From NCBI GenBank assembly GCA_031422435.1, contig JANPLU010000010.1, positions 1 to 17,763 on the forward strand: 17,763 nucleotides of DNA, written 5' to 3'. Shown one piece after another: positions 8,501-16,393 of this stretch. How positions within the stretch are numbered: position 1 is the first letter of the stretch; each line of letters begins with the position of its first letter. Origin of the DNA: Acaryochloridaceae cyanobacterium VAR_48_metabat_390 (GTDB lineage: Bacteria > Cyanobacteriota > Cyanobacteriia > Thermosynechococcales > Thermosynechococcaceae). The translations under genes were made by a program, and so were the position numbers. The notes below the pieces were generated by a model. The model was not told the origin of the DNA and made no database searches. It saw only the letters and a program-made list of their open reading frames with translations.

Positions 8501-8808
8501 ACAAAATTAGCGCACCCCAGTATCGTCAGCTCAATATTGAAACCCTGATGGAATTGGCGGCGATTGTGGAAACCAACCCTACTTTTTATCTAGAAGATTA
8601 TTTGGTGATGGATGTACTGATTGGTCACGCGGTGCGGCTGGCTTATCTGGAACAGTTTGAGGAACGGGGCGATCGCTACGATGAGTACAAAAGCCAAGCC
8701 TGGGACGACTTTTACGATAGCTCGCCGCTGCGGTGCGCACAGTACATCGCAGCCGCACTAAAATACCTTACCCAAATGGGAGCTGAGGTGTCAGGTATGA
8801 GCGTTTGA
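5524..8808 (+). CDS. Glycoside hydrolase family 15-like protein homologous to phosphorylase kinase alpha/beta subunits
   Basis: [74 protein letters not shown], and C-terminal [28 protein letters not shown]. Confidence 0.92.
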   Translation: [1094 protein letters not shown]

Positions 8809-10071
8809 CACTTTATAGAATTCGCCCACCAGATACAGCGATCCACACAGGACTTTCAGCGGAGCTGAAGATGGCAATACGCCTTGAAGCTGCGTTAGCC
8901 CTTCCCTAAGAGTTGAGGCGATCGCACAGGACTCTAAACGAGGGCAAATGGAGTGTGCTAAGTCAGCCAGTTGCTGAGGGTCTGCGCTGCTATGTTCTGG
9001 GACAGGGACTAAGGTGAGGCGATCGCCCTCCCTCAACAGCGCCTCAAAAATATCGGCGTGGTCTTTGGTCGAGAGCATCCCCATCAGCCAATGCACTGCA
9101 CCAGTGTGGATTGAATCTATGTACTGCCGTAAAGCCTTGGCTGCCGCTGGGTTATGGGCACCGTCTACTAGCAGCTTCATGCCTTGCCATTCTGTCCAGT
9201 GCAGTCGCCCTAGCCATTGGGTTTGCGCCATTCCGGTTTGGATGGCGGCTTCAGAGATGTTCCAGCCCTGCTGCTGAAGGATCTTGAGCGCTGCGATCGC
9301 CAAGGCTGAGTTCCCCAACTGGACATCCCCAAACAGCGGTAGCGGGTAGGAGATACCGTCTGCGATCGCCCAAGGATAAGAATCAGTTTTGTCTGGCATC
9401 CACTGGGCAGGACTCTGCCAAACAACGGGGCAATTGAGACCCTTAATACGCTGACGTACTACAGCATCAGCTTCGGGGGGAAGTACCCCAACCACAGCAG
9501 GGCATCCTGGCTTCAAAATGCCTGCTTTTTCACGGGCAATATCGGCAAGGGTAGGGCCAAGGCGCTGCCAATGCTCAAGACTGAGAGAGGTAATGATGGA
9601 AATGAGGGGGCGATCGCACACATTGGTTGCGTCTAGCCTGCCGCCTAAGCCCACCTCAATTACCGCAATATCTACAGCAGCCTCGGCGAAAATGCACCAA
9701 GCTGCCGCCGTCAACACTTCAAACTGAGTCGGGGAAGGCTGGTTTGGGTCGATGATGGCTGTCACTCGATGGAGCGCATCGAGCAGCACATCTGGCGCAA
9801 TGGGCTGATTATTTAGCGTAATGCGTTCTGTCCAATCCACCAAATGCGGTGACGTGTAGCGCCCCACTTTATAACCAGCCGCCGCTAAAACAGAAGATAA
9901 GTAAGCGCAAACGGAACCTTTCCCATTCGTGCCTGCGACATGAATAATGGGAACTTTCTGATGGGGACTCCCCAGTTGTTCCAACAGCGCTGCGATTCGA
10001 TCTAAGCCCAGGTCAATGCCGAACCGCTCATACTGCTGTAGAAAGTCTGCAATCTCTAAATTTCGCTCCAT
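8791..10071 (-). CDS. folC: Bifunctional folylpolyglutamate synthase / dihydrofolate synthase
   Basis: IHVAGTNGKGS P-loop, YTSPHL, EVGLGGRLDATNV, IAREKAGI, DGAHNP, GSLYLVG. Confidence 0.96.
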   Translation of the reverse strand: MERNLEIADFLQQYERFGIDLGLDRIAALLEQLGSPHQKVPIIHVAGTNGKGSVCAYLSSVLAAAGYKVGRYTSPHLVDWTERITLNNQPIAPDVLLDALHRVTAIIDPNQPSPTQFEVLTAAAWCIFAEAAVDIAVIEVGLGGRLDATNVCDRPLISIITSLSLEHWQRLGPTLADIAREKAGILKPGCPAVVGVLPPEADAVVRQRIKGLNCPVVWQSPAQWMPDKTDSYPWAIADGISYPLPLFGDVQLGNSALAIAALKILQQQGWNISEAAIQTGMAQTQWLGRLHWTEWQGMKLLVDGAHNPAAAKALRQYIDSIHTGAVHWLMGMLSTKDHADIFEALLREGDRLTLVPVPEHSSADPQQLADLAHSICPRLESCAIASTLREGLTQLQGVLPSSAPLKVLCGSLYLVGEFYKVSNAHT

Positions 10072-10078
10072 GCAGACG

Positions 10079-10651
10079 CTAAACAGAGACAGGCTCTTCT
10101 GCGGTCACTGGCGCTGCAATCAACGCCAGCTCAATCACGTCCTCTTGAGGTTGGCTAATGTGGGCACGAATCCCAGGGCCAAAAAATCGCTCAATCTTGC
10201 TCTGTTTCACCATCCACTGGTCAAAGGTGCGCCCTGGGGACGAAAATTCGAGGGTGAGCGCATAGGCTCCGTTCACTTCCGTTTCGTAGAAGCCTTCTAA
10301 CACGGGCTGTGCTTCTTTAGAAGGACCTAACCCCACTTTTTTAAGTGCCGTATCCAGATGGGCATCCTGACCGTACCAAAACCGCGTCACGTCCTTAATA
10401 ACCTGCTTTTGGGTATCGGTCGCCTGCGTCTCTCGCAGTGAGTCAATTTCCGGTGAAGGCACTTTCGTGGGCTTTACGGGCTTTAGCTCTGTAATCTTAA
10501 ATGCTAGTCCACCCAGCAAGATAGGGATGCCGTAGCTAAACCCAATGAGGTTAATCGTGGCGTTTTCAACGATATAGGCAATAATCGCTGCGACGGTCAT
10601 AGTGCCGCCCACCGAAATCCCAAGCGTTGCCAGTGAAAGTTTGCGCAGCAT
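10079..10651 (-). CDS. DUF2854 family (APE1-like) thylakoid membrane protein
   Basis: Two N-terminal TM segments, YGIPILLGGLAFKITELKP, QVIKDVTRFWYGQDAHLD, KIERFFGPG. Confidence 0.85.
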   Translation of the reverse strand: MLRKLSLATLGISVGGTMTVAAIIAYIVENATINLIGFSYGIPILLGGLAFKITELKPVKPTKVPSPEIDSLRETQATDTQKQVIKDVTRFWYGQDAHLDTALKKVGLGPSKEAQPVLEGFYETEVNGAYALTLEFSSPGRTFDQWMVKQSKIERFFGPGIRAHISQPQEDVIELALIAAPVTAEEPVSV

Positions 10652-10713
10652 AGTGGTGTGATAAATCTCTATAGCAATCCTAATGGGTTTAGGGGTTGGG
10701 GGATCAATTTTGC

Positions 10714-11205
10714 CTAGCGATAGTTGGTGAACTGAAGGGCAACGGGGTAATCTTCTTGCTTGAGCCGCTGAATAATCTCTTGCAGATCGTCTTTAGATTT
10801 CGCCACAACCCGCACAGAGTCCCCCTGAATGGAAGACTGCACTTTTTTAAACTCGTCGCGGATCAGCTTAGAGATTTGCTTTGCCAGTTCTGAACTGAGT
10901 CCGCGCTTGAGGGTAATTTCTTGACGCACGCGGTTGCCGCTAGAAGCCTCAACTTTGCCGTAGTCAAATATTTTCAGCGATAGGTTCCGCTTAACGGCCT
11001 TCATTTGCAGCACAGAATGCACGGCCTCTAGGGTAAAGTCGCTGTTGGTTTGGATGACAATATTTTCTTTGTTTAGCTCTAGGCTGGTTTTGGTGTCTTT
11101 AAGGTCGTAGCGAGTTTTGATTTCACGCTCGGTCTGGTCTACGGCATTGACCAACTCCTGGGCATCAAAGTCGCTGACGATATCAAAGGAATACGTGGCT
11201 GCCAT
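10714..11205 (-). CDS. yajQ: YajQ family nucleotide (c-di-GMP)-binding protein
   Basis: [44 protein letters not shown]; 163 aa. Confidence 0.95.
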   Translation of the reverse strand: MAATYSFDIVSDFDAQELVNAVDQTEREIKTRYDLKDTKTSLELNKENIVIQTNSDFTLEAVHSVLQMKAVKRNLSLKIFDYGKVEASSGNRVRQEITLKRGLSSELAKQISKLIRDEFKKVQSSIQGDSVRVVAKSKDDLQEIIQRLKQEDYPVALQFTNYR

Positions 11206-11272
11206 AGGTACATTCGGTAAGGGCTAATTGAGAGATCCTACCAAACCTGAGTTTGAGGTGTAGCAACTCGCG

Positions 11273-12160
11273 CTATTCCAGAAATGTCATCATGGTCTGT
11301 GCCGTAAATTCAGGTTTCTCTAGATGAGGGACATGACCGCACTCCGGCACCCATACTAATTTGCTCTGAGGAATCGCGCTATGGAATCGGGCTGCGTCTT
11401 TGGTTCCTAAAATGCGATCGCCCTCTCCCCACAAAATTAACGTCGGCACCTGAATCTCAGTGAGTCTGGTTCTACAAGAGCGATATCCGCCGCTTCTGGT
11501 AAAAGAAATGAGCGATTTAGACCAGTTGGGGCAGTCTAAGTGCAGTGCCGCACATTTTTGAGCATCCACAGAGGCAAAGGCTTTTTTGTAATAAGCCTTT
11601 TCGCTAATTTTTTGCCGAACCGACGGTGTTTTAAGAAATCGTTCCGTCACCCAATAACCCAAAGAATCGGTCAAAAACCGCCCCATCACAGGCCCACTGC
11701 TGTAGCCTGCGCTGTCAATCAGCACCAGCTTTTCAACCGCATGGGGGAAGACCAGGGTAAAGGCGATCGCCGCCGCCCCACCCATCGAAGCCCCCACCAG
11801 CACCACCGGACGTTGAATCAACGTCTGAAAAACCGAGTACAGGTGAGCCTCAATGCTGGCAGGTGATACGTCCAGCCCATCAGGGCGTTCCGTAAATCCA
11901 AAGCCCAATAGATCCACTGCCCAAACTTGGGTTTGCTGAGCCAGCAGCGGCATCAAGCGCCGAAACTCTAGCAAAGAGCTATCAAATCCGTGGAGCAGCA
12001 GAATAGGCGGCGACCCAGTTCCCTGCTCCACATAGGCCGTCGAGATGGTCTGCGATCCAGACGACAGCGGAATCATGCAGGTCTTAATTGCCGCCGCCAT
12101 CGAGATCGAAGTGGGTTCTGTCAGGCAATCGGTTGAAATGTTAGATAAAACAGAACGCAT
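11273..12160 (-). CDS. Alpha/beta fold hydrolase
   Basis: LLLHGFDSS, DLLGFG, nucleophile motif GASMGG, WGEGD, GHVPHLE. ATG at 12160 chosen because it avoids overlap with the speE-like gene. Confidence 0.9.
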   Translation of the reverse strand: MRSVLSNISTDCLTEPTSISMAAAIKTCMIPLSSGSQTISTAYVEQGTGSPPILLLHGFDSSLLEFRRLMPLLAQQTQVWAVDLLGFGFTERPDGLDVSPASIEAHLYSVFQTLIQRPVVLVGASMGGAAAIAFTLVFPHAVEKLVLIDSAGYSSGPVMGRFLTDSLGYWVTERFLKTPSVRQKISEKAYYKKAFASVDAQKCAALHLDCPNWSKSLISFTRSGGYRSCRTRLTEIQVPTLILWGEGDRILGTKDAARFHSAIPQSKLVWVPECGHVPHLEKPEFTAQTMMTFLE

Positions 12161-12173
12161 CTTCCGGTCACAC

Positions 12174-13124
12174 TTACTGTTCTGCTTCCATTGAACCCCG
12201 TCCAAACGGCGTGGGTGGACTTTTGAGAGTATAAACCTCAGTCTCAGCTTCCACCAGCTTGCGGATGTGCAGCGGCACCTGAAGCATTCCCAGCAGCGTC
12301 CGTCCGTCCATCATGCGGAACTCGCCCGTGGTTTTTTCAGCCAGAATGCGATCGCTCTCCACCGGATCGGGCGTTGCCGAAAACTCATGCTTTGCCGCAA
12401 TAATGTACGACAGCGGCAAGCCGTAGCTGGTGGCATAGCACAGCGCCGACTGAGCATAGGGAAACACGGACTTTACCGTATTGGCTAAACGGGCGTGCAT
12501 GTAAAGCTCCGTCCAAAACAGTGGGCCAGAGTGCAGCATAAACATGCCGCCAGGAGCCAAAATGTTGCTGACCTGCTGGTAATGCTCTTGGGTAAACAGC
12601 GCAAAGGCAGGGCCAGATTCAATGGGGTCAGATAAATCCGAAATTACCGCGTCCCACTTTTCTGTGGTGGTGTCAATATACTTTTGCGCATCATCAATAA
12701 TGACCTCAACGCGAGGGTCATCAAAGGCACCCTGGTGCATCTCCGGCAAAAGCTCCTTACAGGCTTCTACTACTTCTCCATCAATATCCACCATCACCAC
12801 GCGCTCCACGCCCTTCCAACGCAGCACCTCCCGGATGGTTGCCCCTTCTGCACCGCCTAAAATCAGCACTTTTTTAGGGTCGCCCTGCATGATTAGCGGC
12901 GGATGGACTAGCCCCTCATGGTACAAAAACTCATCTTTCTCAGAAGATTGCCATTTGCCATCCAGCATTAGCGCCTTGCCAAAGGAGCCAGACTCGATAA
13001 TGTACATATCCTGGAACTGGGTCTTGCGATAGGCCAACACCTTTGTCGCGCCATGCATGTACATATCCCAAGGCGTAATCACCTCGGTCAACCACATGTC
13101 TGCCTGAATATCTGCACCCGCCAT
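12174..13124 (-). CDS. speE: Polyamine aminopropyltransferase (SpeE family; product specificity uncertain)
   Basis: KTQFQD, LDGKWQSSEKDEFLYHEGLVHP, ILGGAEGATIREVL, VDIDGEVV, FDDPR, ISDLSDP. Confidence 0.92.
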   Translation of the reverse strand: MAGADIQADMWLTEVITPWDMYMHGATKVLAYRKTQFQDMYIIESGSFGKALMLDGKWQSSEKDEFLYHEGLVHPPLIMQGDPKKVLILGGAEGATIREVLRWKGVERVVMVDIDGEVVEACKELLPEMHQGAFDDPRVEVIIDDAQKYIDTTTEKWDAVISDLSDPIESGPAFALFTQEHYQQVSNILAPGGMFMLHSGPLFWTELYMHARLANTVKSVFPYAQSALCYATSYGLPLSYIIAAKHEFSATPDPVESDRILAEKTTGEFRMMDGRTLLGMLQVPLHIRKLVEAETEVYTLKSPPTPFGRGSMEAEQ

Positions 13125-13279
13125 TCCTTAACCCTCAAAACCGTGAATTCGCAGCAGAATTTGACCAAGCCTAAAATTAAGCTTAGCCCTTTTTATACCG
13201 TCAATTTAGATACACAAGAAAGCATCTAGAACACAGTAAACCCTTGAGCTTTTTGGTCTAGATTCAATAAAAGAAGGCG

Positions 13280-13313
13280 CTGACGCGATCGCACTCGAGC
13301 ATAATCGCGTCAG
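13280..13313 (-). terminator. Stem-loop between speD and speE (terminator-like or RNA stability element)
   Basis: Perfect 10-bp stem CTGACGCGAT (13280-13289) / ATCGCGTCAG (13304-13313), followed on the minus strand by CGCCUUCUUUUAUU. Confidence 0.5.
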
Positions 13314-13348
13314 ACGACTATCTATAAAAAAGTAGTCAAATGCCGTAT

Positions 13349-13852
13349 TTATTGGGCAGACGTACTTAAAACAAGCTCATCCACCATGTCAGAACGTTCA
13401 CTCGAACAAAGAGTGAGAGAGGTTGGTGGTGGATTACGGCGCAGCTTCTTCATCAAGTGACGACCAGCCCCAAACGCCTTAACCATGTGTTTACAGGCTT
13501 CTTCTGGATCGGTGTGATGACCACAGGTAAATATATCAACTGCCGCGTAACCCACTTCAGGCCAAGTATGGATTGAAATGTGAGACTCAGATAACAGCGC
13601 CAGCGCCGTTATCCCCTGTGGCTCAAATTGATGTAAAACCTCATTTAACAACGTAGCCTTTGCCTGCGTTGCCGCGTCTCTTAAGCTCTGCCGCACAAAG
13701 TCAGCATCGTTGAGAAGCGTTTTAGAGCAGTCATATAGCTCAAGAATGCAGTGAAAGCCAACGGAGGCAGGAACTCTTACCAGCGGATCATCGGATGAAT
13801 CGACTGGAGTGAGAAACCTCTCCCCCAATTGGCCAGATAGCGATCTATACAT
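13349..13852 (-). CDS. speD: S-adenosylmethionine decarboxylase proenzyme (pyruvoyl-dependent)
   Basis: GFHCILELYDC, HQFEPQGIT, self-cleavage motif LLSE/SHISIHTWPE, DIFTCG. ATG at 13852 has AAGGGG upstream and is preferred over the TTG at 14056. Confidence 0.92.
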   Translation of the reverse strand: MYRSLSGQLGERFLTPVDSSDDPLVRVPASVGFHCILELYDCSKTLLNDADFVRQSLRDAATQAKATLLNEVLHQFEPQGITALALLSESHISIHTWPEVGYAAVDIFTCGHHTDPEEACKHMVKAFGAGRHLMKKLRRNPPPTSLTLCSSERSDMVDELVLSTSAQ

Positions 13853-14341
13853 GTCGTATCCCCTTATTGGCCAGAAAGTGCAAAAATTGCACACAAGAAA
13901 CGATGATAGCTGAAAACAATAGGGAATGTCTTTGAAAAGACAAAATTTTTCGCACTGATTTTCAGATTCTTGATAATTATGCCCACTCACGCAGGAATTT
14001 GAAACCCAAAACGATAAAAAAAGCTCTGGGGCTATGGTCGGTGCTGGGTACCGCAAGACAAGACACCTTCAGCACTAGAGCACAATTGACTGATATTGAA
14101 AGTACCCTCAAGCAAAAAAAGGAAATAAAAGCTTTTTAGCGTTAAATCACGAAAATCAAATTAAAATAGCGATATCAAGGAGGTAAAGCCAGGGTTAAAA
14201 GACCTCCCATTGGAGGTATATCTACTGCATTTCTGGGCATACTGAGAGATAGCTTACGGGGTAGAAAGCCTTGTCACTCAGACATCAAGACGCATCAGCC
14301 ATAAGCATTCAAGATTTTGAGCAGATTGTTTAAAGATCGCC

Positions 14342-14584
14342 ATGTTGTCAAACTACATTCGCGCAGTGATGACCCGCGCCCAGTACCGTCCAACATCAAA
14401 AGATGATGCCATATACGGTGAGATTCCTGGGTTTGAGGGGGTCTATGCCCAAGCTGAAACCCTCGAAAATTGCCGCCATGACTTATCTGAAGCATTAGAA
14501 GAGTGGATCTTTTTTAGGGTTTCGCGTAGGTTGCCTGTACCAGAAATTGACGGGGTTCGGTTTCCAGAACAAGACATTCATTGA
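14342..14584 (+). CDS. HicB family antitoxin-like protein (short form, no adjacent hicA)
   Basis: MLSNYIRAVMTRAQY...YGEIPGFEGVYAQAETLENCRHDLSEALEEWIFFRV...LPVPEIDG fits the short cyanobacterial HicB pattern. Confidence 0.85.
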   Translation: MLSNYIRAVMTRAQYRPTSKDDAIYGEIPGFEGVYAQAETLENCRHDLSEALEEWIFFRVSRRLPVPEIDGVRFPEQDIH

Positions 14585-14672
14585 CTAAAAAGTGCTGCGG
14601 TTCTGTGCGGAGCGTAGTAGGGTATTACAGGGTTTCCCTGTTAATGATCTGTCATCAACGGTTTGTCAAGTT

Positions 14673-15830
14673 ATGCCACGTCTTTCTGCTCCATCGGCTC
14701 TCTTAGTATTAGCTGACGGTACTGTTTATAAAGGGTGGTCTTTTGGGGCACCCGGAACAACGGTAGGTGAAGTCGTTTTCAATACGGGCATGACGGGGTA
14801 TCAGGAGGTGTTGACCGATCCAAGCTATTGCGGTCAACTTGTGACGTTTACTTATCCTGAACTCGGTAATACCGGTGTTACTTCTGAGGACGAAGAATCG
14901 AGTCATCCGCAGGTGAAGGGCGCGATCGCCCGTAATATCTGCCACCAACCCAGTAACTGGCGATCGCAGCAGTCGTTGCCAGACTACCTCAACGCCCACG
15001 GCATTCCTGGCATTTACGGGATTGATACGAGATCGCTTACCCGCAAGCTGCGCTCAGTCGGCGCAATGAACGGCGCAATCTCTACAGAAATCTTAGACCC
15101 ACAGCAGCTTCATAATTTGGTATTGCAAGCTCCTTCAATGGAAGGGCTAAATTTGACCCAAACCGTCACGACCTCCGAAATTTATGAGTGGACCCAACCC
15201 AGTCCACGCCTCTGGGAATTTATGCCGGAGCAGGCGGCTAAAGATCAGCACCAATGCTTGGTGGTTGCCATCGACTTTGGAATTAAGCGCAACATTTTAA
15301 GGCGCTTAGTAAGCCACGGCTGCCGCGTCATTGTGGTGCCCGCAAATACTTCTGCTGAAGCAATCTTGCAGCTCAATCCCGACGGCATTTTCTTATCGAA
15401 TGGGCCAGGAGATCCGGCAGCCGTTTTAGAGGGTATTGCAACTGCTCAAGCGCTTCTTGATTCTCAAACGCCCATGTTTGGGATTTGCCTAGGGCATCAG
15501 CTTTTAGGACTCTCTTTAGGCGCACAAACTTTTAAGCTCAAGTTTGGGCATAGGGGACTAAACCAGCCTGCTGGACTCGATCAGCAGGTTGAGATCACCA
15601 GTCAAAATCACGGATTTGCCATTGATGCCAATTCCCTAGGCTCTGTGGCAGTTGAAGTGACCCACCTCAACCTCAACGATCAAACGATTGCGGGGATGCG
15701 CCATAAAACTCTGCCCTTATTTTCAGTGCAGTACCATCCTGAAGCCAGCCCTGGTCCCCATGACGCGGACTATCTCTTTGGGCAATTTATTACGTCTATG
15801 AAAGCCCATCAAAACCTCAAAAAGGTCTAG
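14673..15830 (+). CDS. carA: Carbamoyl-phosphate synthase small subunit
   Basis: [29 protein letters not shown], catalytic [29 protein letters not shown] at 14673 preferred over the GTG at 14592. Confidence 0.97.
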   Translation: MPRLSAPSALLVLADGTVYKGWSFGAPGTTVGEVVFNTGMTGYQEVLTDPSYCGQLVTFTYPELGNTGVTSEDEESSHPQVKGAIARNICHQPSNWRSQQSLPDYLNAHGIPGIYGIDTRSLTRKLRSVGAMNGAISTEILDPQQLHNLVLQAPSMEGLNLTQTVTTSEIYEWTQPSPRLWEFMPEQAAKDQHQCLVVAIDFGIKRNILRRLVSHGCRVIVVPANTSAEAILQLNPDGIFLSNGPGDPAAVLEGIATAQALLDSQTPMFGICLGHQLLGLSLGAQTFKLKFGHRGLNQPAGLDQQVEITSQNHGFAIDANSLGSVAVEVTHLNLNDQTIAGMRHKTLPLFSVQYHPEASPGPHDADYLFGQFITSMKAHQNLKKV

Positions 15831-15901
15831 TAGACAAGCGCACTGAAAGACCCTATACTAATGCCTCATCTTTGAATACGATATTCTGTTTACAGCTTCA
15901 A

Positions 15902-15909
15902 TAAGGAGG
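15902..15909 (+). promoter_or_regulatory. Strong Shine-Dalgarno sequence TAAGGAGG
   Basis: Lies 5 nt upstream of an ATT (15915) that is in frame with the STAS ORF. Confidence 0.75.
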
Positions 15910-15914
15910 GGACT

Positions 15915-16283
15915 ATTCCTGAGCAATTAAACCTGACCGTTAGCTTGCGAGGCACACGAGATGTCAGGGATAACTATCAGCTATTTCGCCTCACAGGTTT
16001 GCTAGACGCTTTCTCAGAACCTGTGTTTCTCAAGGTTATGACAAAGTGTTTGGAGGAGCAGCCTGCCAACGTCATTTTAGACCTATCCAAAATTGACTTT
16101 ATTGATAGTTCTGGACTCGGCGTTTTAGTGCGCCTTGCCAAACAAATGCAGAATGCTAAAGGTTCTTTTCAGATTGCGACGAATCCCCGCGTAACCCAAA
16201 CCGTTAAGTTAGTGCGGCTTCAAGACTTTCTGTCTCTTCAGACGAGCGTTGAAGCGGCGATCGCCAATCTTCCCGCCGGCTAA
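15915..16283 (+). CDS. STAS-domain anti-sigma-factor antagonist (SpoIIAA-like), probable ATT start
   Basis: FRLTGLLDAFSEP, ILDLSKIDFIDSSGLG (phospho-Ser motif), VKLVRL. Start extended from the TTG at 15945 to the ATT at 15915 on the basis of the SD position. Confidence 0.88.
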   Translation: MPEQLNLTVSLRGTRDVRDNYQLFRLTGLLDAFSEPVFLKVMTKCLEEQPANVILDLSKIDFIDSSGLGVLVRLAKQMQNAKGSFQIATNPRVTQTVKLVRLQDFLSLQTSVEAAIANLPAG

Positions 16284-16307
16284 GGAAATCTACCTCATCT
16301 CAATCTG

Positions 16308-16341
16308 ATCCCATCAGGAAAATTATTCTACCTGATGGGAT
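16308..16341 (+). other. 11-bp perfect stem-loop between the STAS and Mini-III genes
   Basis: ATCCCATCAGG (16308-16318), 12-nt loop, CCTGATGGGAT (16331-16341). Only a short T run follows. Confidence 0.6.
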
Positions 16342-16393
16342 TTAGGGCACAAATCATTCAATCTAGATCTATAGGCAGTGTCAACGAGGTGTT

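Noticed and set aside
8791..8808. 18-bp convergent overlap of the GH15-like gene and folC
   Set aside because: Short tail-to-tail overlaps are common, and both proteins look complete.
1..13852. ahcY, folC and speDE as a deliberate SAM/one-carbon gene cluster
   Set aside because: They are separated by unrelated genes on both strands, and I found no shared regulatory motif.
13853..14056. 68-codon N-terminal extension of SpeD from the TTG at 14056
   Set aside because: Composition is Cys/Phe-rich and unlike a protein. The ATG at 13852 has a good SD and gives a normal-sized proenzyme.
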